A program made the translations under genes and the position numbers. From assembly GCA_047971505.1 (NCBI GenBank), contig JBKDZU010000006.1:1956-65955 (forward strand): a DNA stretch of 64,000 nucleotides, given 5' to 3'. Origin of the DNA: Tenacibaculum sp. GTDB lineage: Bacteria > Bacteroidota > Bacteroidia > Flavobacteriales > Flavobacteriaceae. The notes below the pieces were generated by a model. The model searched no databases. It was not told where the DNA came from and saw nothing but the letters and a program-made list of their open reading frames with translations. This document shows, in pieces, positions 10,438-19,305 of this stretch. The stretch's first letter is position 1. Each line of letters starts with the position of its first letter.

Positions 10438-10725
10438 ATGAGATTAAAATTTTTAATAAGCTTTAGCGTTTTTGCTATTGCTGCAGTTCTATTTTTTAAC
10501 ACAAACTCAATAAACAGTTCAAAATTAAATTTTGATTTAGCTAGTTTAATAGTTGTTAATACCGCTAACGCTGAATGCGATGGAGTGTATAATAATGGCG
10601 ACAATGACTCGTGGTTTGGCGATGGATGGGACTTTATTGAAGTATCGGGAGAAAAAATTGGCTGTGTGGGAGGAAATGGCTCTTGTTGTGAAAGGCTTTG
10701 TGAAAACGGAGCTAGTTTATTCTAA
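10438..10725 (+). CDS. Small secreted Cys-rich peptide, NVEALA-family-like (bacteriocin/RiPP-precursor-like)
   Basis: 95 aa. Hydrophobic N-terminus FLISFSVFAIAAVLFF, then LNFDLASLIVVNTANAE, which resembles the LSDLxLxNVEALA motif. The tail is Gly/Asp/Asn-rich with 5 Cys, including a vicinal CC. Confidence 0.45.
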   Translation: MRLKFLISFSVFAIAAVLFFNTNSINSSKLNFDLASLIVVNTANAECDGVYNNGDNDSWFGDGWDFIEVSGEKIGCVGGNGSCCERLCENGASLF

Positions 10726-10941
10726 TTTCAAATGAAACATCCACACCTAATTTTTAGACGCACAGTGGGGTAATTGTAAATTCGTAAATAACTGTTTTTT
10801 AAGTATTTATAAACTATAAACATATAAAACCAATAATTTTTATACTATTTATTTTTATTTCCTGCAATAAAAATAACAGCAAGGGAGAAGTAAAAGAGTA
10901 CATGTAAAATTTTACAACAAAAAAATGCTTTGTTTACTCCA

Positions 10942-11278
10942 TTGAAGATTAAAAACTTTTTTTTATACGCTAATTTATTTTTACTTATAAGAGCTACTTA
11001 TAAAGATTTTTTTGTCAATTATCTAAATTCTGAAGTTATAAGGCGGTTTGATTTAAAAAAACACGATTCTCCCGTTCGATAAGGCTTTGTTGAATATGTC
11101 AATTTGGCTAAAAACATAGGCAAAGACGCTAACCCAATAATTTATTTTTTTAAACTAAAAGACGTTGAAAATTAAAAATATTTTATATTATATTGCTAGT
11201 TTTTTATTTTTATCGTTTGGTAAATGCAATGATAAACTTAATGAATTAGAAAAACTAAAAGATAAGATTAATTTATAA
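10942..11278 (+). pseudogene. Possible decayed small secreted-protein genes
   Basis: A TTG-initiated 46-codon ORF (LKIKNFFLYANLFLLI...) ends at an in-frame TAA (11080-11082). The same frame then stays open for 30 more protein-like codons (GFVEYVNLAKNIGKDANPIIYFFKLKDVEN). A second TTG ORF (11165-11278) begins with the paralogous LKIKNILYYIASFLFLSFGKC. Confidence 0.2.
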
Positions 11279-11546
11279 AAAAAGAGGTCTATAAAACTCT
11301 GTTTTTCTTCAAGTTGAGGCTGCAGCTAGGAAATTGCTCACTATCTTCTAGCTACAGCCGTTTAGAATCCTGCTTATCCAAAGCAATTCTATAAACTTGC
11401 CAATTAAACTCAAATTCACTTAAAGTGAAAATTTACCCTATAAGTGATATTTAAGGGGTGTTAACACGTGGTATATGCTTTAAAAAATAGAGTTTTTTGG
11501 CTGACATTAACTAAGGACCTAAAAGTGGTTTTATATTTATGCTGAA

Positions 11547-13448
11547 TTAGTTTTGTTTTGCCCACCACAAAGGAGTTAATACAGAATCTGATCCTCCTAG
11601 CAAACCAACTGCCTGTGAATATCCGTTAGGAACATTATTTTCAAACGAAGATGGATATTTTAAACGCTGTGGGAAAAAGTCAACTCTATTTGTTGTATAA
11701 TTGCTAGTAGTTAGTGCTGGTAAGTCTACAATAGGGTTTTCAACTGCTGGATTTTCAAAAAATGGCAAACCTAATCTTCTGTGATCACTCCACGCTTCTA
11801 GTGGTAACCAAGGTGTTTGTGCAATGAATTTTTGTGTAATAATTTTATTTAAAAAGTCGTTTTTAACAGCTCCGTTCTTGTAAATTGTATTGTCAGCATA
11901 TTTAAAATTAAATGTCCCTGCTGTATCGGTATATCCATCTGTGTAATTCATGGTTACTGTAGAGGGAGGCTCAGCAGTGTGAGTCCAACTGACAGAAGTT
12001 CCAGCCCTATTGTAGTCAGTAGAATTTATATAAGTTGTGGTGTATTGAGATACTCCAGTATATGAAAAGCTCTCCACAATTCCTTTTTCATACGCTTCTT
12101 GTCCACTCATTGGAACAGTCCATCCTCTTACGGCTGCTTCAGCTATTAAAAAATAAGATTCCCAAGGAGCAAAAAATATACGCTTATTCTCCCCTAGCCT
12201 GTATTTGTTTACTAATCTAGGTGTTGTTGATGGGTAGGATAATTTGTTGTTTTCTCCAGTTTTCCCCCAAATACCAATAGATAGTGCATTCCATGTAAAA
12301 GCTCCATCTATATTCTTTAATGCTGATCCATCATCTTTTAAAAGAGATCTGACCGTATTGTGAGTTTGCTCAATGTTCAATAAAGGATAGCTATTGAATT
12401 GTGGATTATCAAAATCACCAGGAATAGCAAAGTTAGCATATGCTCTCGGATCAATTGCATAGTGTAATCCGTCAAACCAAAAACCTTTTGATGGGTTATT
12501 TGTGTATTTAGTAAAGTGATTTTCATACTTTACTCCCATGTAATCAGCAGCTTTAATATAGTTGTGCTTTTCAGATGACAATTGATCTGAAGATTTTACT
12601 CCTCCTAAGCCAATCATCAAGTTATTTAAGGTTGGCGACAAGTACTGATTATTCCATTCTCTTGTCATCACACCCGTAAAATCATTCCATCCACTGCCTT
12701 CTTGTACTTGAAAAGTTTCATCTAACGATGCTATGTATCCAGTTGCAACAGCCTCTTCAAACTCTTGTTTTGCCTTAGCTTGATCTACTTCCGACAATCG
12801 CATAGCCAATCGCATTCTAAGAGAATTTCCGTATTTCTTCCACTTAGAGTAATCGTACCCAAATGCTGGATCTAAATTGATATTTGGCTTTTCTTGCTCC
12901 GATTCATCAATGGCATTTGTAGCTTGCTTTAATTCTTGCAGCATATGATAATACACATCTTTAACGCTATTGTAATCAGGGTTTTTACCTTCAAATCCTG
13001 CAATTGGAATTGGACCAAAATTATCTGTCATTTCACTCATAATATAAACTCTCCATATTCTCGCTATTTGCTTTACATTATTAGTATACGCTTTATCTTT
13101 CCCTGAAGCAATATGTTTATCTGCTATTAAAATTGCATTTGTAACATCTTTTAACCAAGTAGATACATATCCATTATAGTAATCACTTGACCAAGAATCA
13201 CTTGAATATCCTATTGGCAAGGAATTAATTTTGTCCATTCTTGCAGCTGCTTTCCAATATAATACAAATACTCTTTCGGCTATATGAGGATTTTGTTGTG
13301 CTCCCCCAATAGAACGGTTTATAAAGTACTCTACTTGCACTTGATCTTCTGACGATGCTAAGGGATCTACATTAATTTCTTCAAAGTCTGAGCAAGAAAA
13401 AAACAAAACTCCCAATAAAATCAATATATTGTTTTTTATTATTTTCAT
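11547..13448 (-). CDS. SusD/RagB-family outer-membrane nutrient-binding lipoprotein
   Basis: 633 aa with lipoprotein signal LLGVLFFSCSD. Lies immediately downstream (18 nt) of a SusC-like gene, and its size and composition are SusD-like. Confidence 0.9.
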   Translation of the reverse strand: MKIIKNNILILLGVLFFSCSDFEEINVDPLASSEDQVQVEYFINRSIGGAQQNPHIAERVFVLYWKAAARMDKINSLPIGYSSDSWSSDYYNGYVSTWLKDVTNAILIADKHIASGKDKAYTNNVKQIARIWRVYIMSEMTDNFGPIPIAGFEGKNPDYNSVKDVYYHMLQELKQATNAIDESEQEKPNINLDPAFGYDYSKWKKYGNSLRMRLAMRLSEVDQAKAKQEFEEAVATGYIASLDETFQVQEGSGWNDFTGVMTREWNNQYLSPTLNNLMIGLGGVKSSDQLSSEKHNYIKAADYMGVKYENHFTKYTNNPSKGFWFDGLHYAIDPRAYANFAIPGDFDNPQFNSYPLLNIEQTHNTVRSLLKDDGSALKNIDGAFTWNALSIGIWGKTGENNKLSYPSTTPRLVNKYRLGENKRIFFAPWESYFLIAEAAVRGWTVPMSGQEAYEKGIVESFSYTGVSQYTTTYINSTDYNRAGTSVSWTHTAEPPSTVTMNYTDGYTDTAGTFNFKYADNTIYKNGAVKNDFLNKIITQKFIAQTPWLPLEAWSDHRRLGLPFFENPAVENPIVDLPALTTSNYTTNRVDFFPQRLKYPSSFENNVPNGYSQAVGLLGGSDSVLTPLWWAKQN

Positions 13449-13466
13449 AATTATTGGTTTTTATTA

Positions 13467-16400
13467 TTAAAAATTTAAAGATGCATTAAAAAATATTGTA
13501 CGTGTTGTAGGAGATGACAAAAATTCAAATCCAGTTGCGTTTGTTCCTGTAGCAAATACAGACTCGGGATCTACTCCGTTTAAATGGCTTACAATCATCC
13601 AAACATTATTAGCTGAAATTCCTAATTTAGCTTTCTTAATAAAAGTTTTATCAAGCCATTGTGTTGGTAGTTTATAACTTATATTGATATTTCTTAAGCG
13701 AACATTAGTAGCGTCGTAAATATTCTCTTCTGCTATGCCTAAATTACCAGAACTTGCAGTTATTTGTACCCATAGTAATTGTGGTGAAACTGCAGTAGTA
13801 TTAGGAGTGTATCCTTCTCCATTTTCATTCTCGACAACTCCTTCAAAAACTATACCCTCTCTTGCACCATTAATGACGGTTTTAGCCGCACTTCCTGATG
13901 ACTGCAAAACCATATTAGTTCCTGAAAAAATTTCTCCTCCTATTCTTGCATCAATTAAGAAGCTTAAAGAAAGGTTTTTATAAGTAAAACTGTTTGTAAA
14001 TCCAATTAGGGCATCTGGTTGCTGAGAACCTAAAGTGTAGTTAGAATCTTCTACACCAGAAGGCAAGCCATTTGCACCCACGATAATCTGATTGTAATAA
14101 GGGCTATTTGGGTCGTCTACTCTGTTGTACTTTGTTCCTCTAATTTCACCGTATTGACCTCCAGCAATTGCCAATATCGCCAAGTTATCAAAACCTCCTA
14201 ACCTAAACTGAGTAACCTCGTCTGCTAGCTGTTCAATTGTGTTTTTATTTGCAGAATAATTTAAGCTTGAGTTCCATGAAAATCCTTTGTTATTCTTTAA
14301 AATATCTGCAGATACGACCAGTTCAAAACCTTTATTTTGGATATCTCCTACATTGATTTTTTTTGCATTAAAACCACTAAAAGGATCTAGTGGTATGTCT
14401 AGTATTTGATTAGTGGCATTAGACTTATACCAGGTAAAATCAATTCCTATTCTGTTGTTTAAAAAACGCCCTTCAAATCCAAATTCTAATGACTTTATAA
14501 GCTCATTTTTAATATTCGGATTGTATAAAACATTTCCAGTAGTAGCAGTTGTGTTTCCATTAGGATCTTTCCCTATTGAATATACATTGTACAGCTGGTA
14601 CGGGCTTAAATCATTACCTACTGTAGCATAAGAAGCTCTTATTTTTCCAAAACTTAACCATTGCGGTAAACTACCTCCATTTTTCTTTATCATATCAGTA
14701 AAAACCAAAGAAGTACTAAAAGATGGGTAGAAAAACGATCTGTTTGACTTACTCAAAGCTGATGACCAATCATTTCTTCCTGTAATATCTAAAAAAAAGT
14801 AATCGTTATAGTTTAACTGAAGCATCCCATATACAGAGTTTATTTTTTTTTCAGAAAAGGCTTGAGTTACCGATGGACTTGTTACTCCATTGTTTAACTT
14901 AAACAAATCTGGAACTTCCAATTGTCCTGCACTTGAACTAATACTACTTCTTCGCTGATGCATTAGGTTAGCTCCAAGTGAAACTGTACCTCCAAGTTTT
15001 CCAAACAACTCGTCTTTTGAAGCTACAACTAAAGCACTAAAGTTTTTTTCAATAAATGTGTTTTTCCCTAAACTATAAGTGCCATTTGGATTAGAACGAC
15101 TTCCTGAATACAATTTGTTTTCTATATTATTGGTGTACAAATCTGCTCCTCCTTTTGCTTCAACACTCAACCAGTTGTTTATTTGATTTTTTAAAGATGC
15201 GTTTAACAAAAAACGATCTCTAGTTCCTATTCTTATATTTTTTTGTTCTGCCCAATAAGGATTAATAGCATTGCTACTGGGCAAATACCATATCATTTTT
15301 CCGTTTTCATCTGTGTTATCTTTCAAGCTATTTATATCTACTGTTCTGGGTAAGCTTATAATATTTCCAAAAACATTATTTAAATTACTGCCATTTAAAG
15401 GTCTGTTTTTAGCTTTTGTATTTATATATTGAACTTTTGCATCGGTAGTCCAGTTTTTATTAGCTCCAAATTTTGCTACTGCTCTTGTCAATAGGTTTAA
15501 TTTTTCTAATGTTGCTCCAGGAATATTGCTGTTGTCATCTACAAAACCTGCTGATGAATACATAGACATATTGTCACTTACTTGCTGCTGAAAAGAAATA
15601 TTGTGAATTTGGCTAATCCCTCCTTTAAAATAATTTTCAATATTATTGCGAGCAGCATATGGCTCATTTATTCCCTGCCAGTTTTCGAGAATTTGACCTT
15701 CAATTTTTGGCCCCCAACTTAAAGCAGTCTCTTTATTGTAAACTCCTTCACTTCCTTGTCCAAAAGAATTTTGTAATTCAGGTGTGATAAAAATGTTTTG
15801 TATTCCTGTAGTAACTGAATACGCAATTCCTAGTCCGCTTTGATTTTTTCCTGTTTTAGTAGTAATAAGAATAACTCCATTACCAGCTCTGGAGCCGTAT
15901 AGGGCAGCTGCTGAAGCTCCTTTTAGCACCGACATGCTCTGAATATCTTCCGGATTTAAATCTGCTAATCCGTTTCCTAAATCCTCTGATGGATTAAAAA
16001 AATCATTATTAGATGCTCCTGTGAAATTATTTATAGGAATTCCATCAACAACAATTAAAGGTTGATTGTCTCCAGTAAGTGAATTGTTACCTCTTAATAC
16101 AATTTTAGAAGATCCCGCAGGTCCGTTACTGCCTCTTATAATTTGCACTCCTGCAACTTTTCCTGACAAAGCATTACTAATATTAGTTTCTCCTGTTTCT
16201 GCTATAGAAACCCCTTTGATCTCTTGAACTGAGTACCCTAACGCTTTCCTTTCTCTTTTAATTCCTAAAGCAGTTACTACTATTTCATTTAATGTTTCGC
16301 TGCTTTCGGCTATAGAAACATCTATTGTGCTTCTACCTTGTACAGAAACCCGCTTAGTTTCATACCCTAAATAAGAAAATTGTAATACAGCATTTTTTGA

Positions 16401-16610
16401 AGAAACACTAATACTGTATTTACCATTAATATCTGTAAGTGTTCCATTTGAAACCAGCCCTCCTCCTTTCTCTAATATATTAACACCAGGAAGCAAACTA
16501 CCATCTTTTTGATTGGTAACCGTTCCTCTTATTACTATTTTTTGAGCATATATACTTTGGACAGTAAAAACCAAAGTTATAAAAAAAAGGTTTAGTATTT
16601 TTTGAATCAT
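13467..16610 (-). CDS. SusC/RagA-family TonB-dependent outer-membrane transporter
   Basis: 1047 aa. Signal peptide, carboxypeptidase-regulatory-like domain (IRGTVTNQKDGSLLPGVNILEKG), plug region EIVVTALGIKRERKALGYSV, and C-terminal barrel ending in ...FFNASLNF. No N-terminal STN or anti-sigma signalling domain seen. Confidence 0.95.
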   Translation of the reverse strand: MIQKILNLFFITLVFTVQSIYAQKIVIRGTVTNQKDGSLLPGVNILEKGGGLVSNGTLTDINGKYSISVSSKNAVLQFSYLGYETKRVSVQGRSTIDVSIAESSETLNEIVVTALGIKRERKALGYSVQEIKGVSIAETGETNISNALSGKVAGVQIIRGSNGPAGSSKIVLRGNNSLTGDNQPLIVVDGIPINNFTGASNNDFFNPSEDLGNGLADLNPEDIQSMSVLKGASAAALYGSRAGNGVILITTKTGKNQSGLGIAYSVTTGIQNIFITPELQNSFGQGSEGVYNKETALSWGPKIEGQILENWQGINEPYAARNNIENYFKGGISQIHNISFQQQVSDNMSMYSSAGFVDDNSNIPGATLEKLNLLTRAVAKFGANKNWTTDAKVQYINTKAKNRPLNGSNLNNVFGNIISLPRTVDINSLKDNTDENGKMIWYLPSSNAINPYWAEQKNIRIGTRDRFLLNASLKNQINNWLSVEAKGGADLYTNNIENKLYSGSRSNPNGTYSLGKNTFIEKNFSALVVASKDELFGKLGGTVSLGANLMHQRRSSISSSAGQLEVPDLFKLNNGVTSPSVTQAFSEKKINSVYGMLQLNYNDYFFLDITGRNDWSSALSKSNRSFFYPSFSTSLVFTDMIKKNGGSLPQWLSFGKIRASYATVGNDLSPYQLYNVYSIGKDPNGNTTATTGNVLYNPNIKNELIKSLEFGFEGRFLNNRIGIDFTWYKSNATNQILDIPLDPFSGFNAKKINVGDIQNKGFELVVSADILKNNKGFSWNSSLNYSANKNTIEQLADEVTQFRLGGFDNLAILAIAGGQYGEIRGTKYNRVDDPNSPYYNQIIVGANGLPSGVEDSNYTLGSQQPDALIGFTNSFTYKNLSLSFLIDARIGGEIFSGTNMVLQSSGSAAKTVINGAREGIVFEGVVENENGEGYTPNTTAVSPQLLWVQITASSGNLGIAEENIYDATNVRLRNINISYKLPTQWLDKTFIKKAKLGISANNVWMIVSHLNGVDPESVFATGTNATGFEFLSSPTTRTIFFNASLNF

Positions 16611-17191
16611 ATAAAATTATATTTTTAATTTAATTTTTAAAGAAAGAAAAAAAATGTTTTTCAAATGAATAATTTCGACGTATAGCTATTTTGTTGAGAT
16701 GTTGGCAATTATCTAATTAAATTATAAATAGTTTCAGCTAAAAAAAATTTATTTTTCAAAACATATTTATTGTTACATATTTGTTGTTGTAAAGGTAAAA
16801 AAATATTTTTTTATACTAATTTAACTTTTTAGTCTCAGTGTTTTTACTTTTCAATTATACATGGCATTGTGCTTTATTAAAATTTTGACTTTTTCTGTAT
16901 ATACAAAAAACCTACCTTTACATTAAATTGTGAAATAATAAAGGTGCGTTTAAACAGCAAGGGTATTTATAAAGAGTAAAAAGAATGGTTTAATCATCTT
17001 TTTTTGTGAGGTTTAATATTTCAATTTAATTAGCACAATGAGTTATGTTGATATATTGATGGTGTAGTTTGAAAAATCAAGGCTTTTTAAAATAAAAATG
17101 TAGTTTAATCACAGTACAAGTATTTAGCATAAACAAATTACATGTAGCTAAGCTGTTGTATTGTTAAAATTTTTAAGTTAAATATATTCAA

Positions 17192-18241
17192 ATGAATAAG
17201 TTAATTAGTACTGTATTGTTTTTTGCACTGTTTTCTTGCAAGTGCGATACAGAACAGGTTTCAGTAAAAAAACAGGAAAAACCCAAACAAAGTGAGTTTG
17301 CAATTGTTATTCATGGGGGTGCAGGTACCATATCAAAAGAAAATATGACTTTAGAGCTTGAAAAACTTTACCGAAACAAGTTAGAGGAAGCTATTAGAGC
17401 AGGATATATAGTATTGAAAAGTGGAGGTTCAAGTACTGAAGCAGTTGAAGCTTCAATTTGTATAATGGAAGATTCTCCTCTTTTTAATGCAGGCAAGGGC
17501 GCTGTTTTTACCAATGAAGGCACCAATGAATTGGACGCTTCAGTAATGGAGGGAAAAAAACTTAATGCTGGTGCTGTGGCTGGGGTTAAAACTATTAAAA
17601 ACCCGATAAAAGCCGCTATTGAGGTGATGAATAACTCAAATCATGTGCTGCTATCGGGTGCAGGTGCCGACCGCTTTGCTGATGAAAGAGGTTTAGAAAC
17701 GGTAAACCCTAGTTATTTTTATACTAAAAGACGTTTTAACTCTTTGCAAAAGTTAAAAGATAGCAAAAAGCCAAGTGTGAAGTCTGGTAAAAAATCAGCC
17801 TATTACAGCACTTATAAAAACAACAATAAGTTTGGAACGGTTGGCTGTGTTGCGCTAGACAAAAAAGGAAATATAAGTGCAGGTACTTCAACAGGAGGCA
17901 TGACTAACAAAAGGTGGAACAGAATTGGAGACTCTCCAATTATAGGCGCTGGAACTTATGCCAATAACAATAGCTGTGGAGTGTCAGCAACGGGCTGGGG
18001 AGAGTATTTTATCAGAGGAGTAATTGCCCACGATATTGCTGCTCAAATAGAATATAAAAATATTTCATTAAAAGAAGCTGCTTATAATGTAATACAAAAC
18101 AAACTCACAAAACTAGGCGGTAAAGGCGGTATTATTGCTATTGATAAATATGGAAATACAGTTTTTGAATTTAATACTACAGGCATGTACAGAGCTTCTA
18201 TGAACGATAAGGGCAAATTAAACCTTGAAATTTTTAAATAA
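17192..18241 (+). CDS. Isoaspartyl peptidase / L-asparaginase (Ntn-hydrolase, Asparaginase_2 family) lipoprotein
   Basis: Lipobox FALFSCKC, motif VIHGGAGT, autoprocessing/nucleophile site FGTVGCVALD, and GAGTYANN. Confidence 0.9.
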   Translation: MNKLISTVLFFALFSCKCDTEQVSVKKQEKPKQSEFAIVIHGGAGTISKENMTLELEKLYRNKLEEAIRAGYIVLKSGGSSTEAVEASICIMEDSPLFNAGKGAVFTNEGTNELDASVMEGKKLNAGAVAGVKTIKNPIKAAIEVMNNSNHVLLSGAGADRFADERGLETVNPSYFYTKRRFNSLQKLKDSKKPSVKSGKKSAYYSTYKNNNKFGTVGCVALDKKGNISAGTSTGGMTNKRWNRIGDSPIIGAGTYANNNSCGVSATGWGEYFIRGVIAHDIAAQIEYKNISLKEAAYNVIQNKLTKLGGKGGIIAIDKYGNTVFEFNTTGMYRASMNDKGKLNLEIFK

Positions 18242-18340
18242 TAAACTTTTAACAAATATTATAGCTAAATTTTCCCTTTCCCTCCCCTAGCCTACCTAAG
18301 CTTTTTTACAAGCTTGTTGTATTTTATATGATTAACACAG

Positions 18341-19087
18341 TCAGGTGAGCATTCCTCCATCAACTACTAGAGTTTGTCCAGTTATATAGCTAGACATATC
18401 CGAGGCTAAAAACACACAAGCATGGGCTATATCTTGTGGCGAACCCCATTTTTTTAACGGAATGTTTTTGCTGTATTCCTCTATTAACTTTTCGTTCAAT
18501 TGTGAAGTCATTTCTGTAGCTATAAAGCCCGGAGCAACAACATTGCTTCTTATGTTCCTAGATCCTAACTCTATAGCTACTGATTTTGAGAAACCTATAA
18601 TACCTGCTTTAGAAGCTGAATAGTTTGCCTGCCCCGAATTTCCCTTTAAACCAACTACTGAACTTATGTTGATTATAGATCCCTTACGCTGCTTAATCAT
18701 AGGACGAATTACCGCTTTTGTTAAATTAAACACAGATTTTAAATTCACTTCAATTACTTTATCAAAGTCCTCTTCTGATATGCGCATTAACAAATTGTCT
18801 TTAGTAATACCTGCATTATTTACTAAAATATCAAGGTTTTTAAACTCTTTCAAACTATCGCTTACCAAGTTTTGTGCTGCGCTAAAATTAGCTGCATTTG
18901 ATTGATAAGCTTTTGCTTTAATGCCTAAGTCTGCTAATTTTTGCTCTAATTCCTTTGCAGCTTCTGCAGAAGAGTTATACGTAAAAGCAATATTACAGCC
19001 CTGCTTGGCAAACTCTAAAGCAATGCCTTTGCCTATACCTCTAGTTGCACCTGTTATAATTGCTGTTTTATTTTCTAAAAGCCTCAT
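18341..19087 (-). CDS. fabG: 3-oxoacyl-ACP reductase (SDR)
   Basis: 248 aa with cofactor motif TGATRGIGKGIA and catalytic YSASKAG. Confidence 0.85.
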   Translation of the reverse strand: MRLLENKTAIITGATRGIGKGIALEFAKQGCNIAFTYNSSAEAAKELEQKLADLGIKAKAYQSNAANFSAAQNLVSDSLKEFKNLDILVNNAGITKDNLLMRISEEDFDKVIEVNLKSVFNLTKAVIRPMIKQRKGSIINISSVVGLKGNSGQANYSASKAGIIGFSKSVAIELGSRNIRSNVVAPGFIATEMTSQLNEKLIEEYSKNIPLKKWGSPQDIAHACVFLASDMSSYITGQTLVVDGGMLT

Positions 19088-19305
19088 AAAATTATTCTTA
19101 ATTTTTATACTTGGTTTATATTTAATTTACAATCAACAAATACGTTAAATTGCGAAATTCATTTACACGCAATTAATATTTATACAATAATTTATCTGAC
19201 AAAGACTAAAGTTTTAGCTTTTAATATATTGATTCTATAAAGTACAATACACTACATAAATAGTTAAAAAAGTTGAATTAATTTACTTTTTAAAAAATAT
19301 TCAAA

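Noticed and set aside
11318-11359. Stem-loop ggctgcagctag / ctagctacagcc (11 of 12 bp, 18-nt loop) downstream of susD, as a terminator or small RNA.
   Set aside because: It is not followed by a U-tract on either strand and lies ~190 nt from the susD stop. I cannot tell a functional RNA from a chance hairpin without comparative data.
11458-11467. Perfect 10-bp palindrome GTGTTAACAC.
   Set aside because: Palindromes of this length are expected by chance many times in 64 kb of AT-rich DNA. No second copy or positional logic was seen.
18271-18298. C-rich polypyrimidine tract (tttccctttccctcccctagcctacc) between the convergent isoaspartyl peptidase and fabG genes.
   Set aside because: Its composition is odd for this genome. 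However, it has no repeat partner, no stable structure and no obvious function. An adjacent AAGCTT-ttttac-AAGCTT hairpin is only 6 bp.
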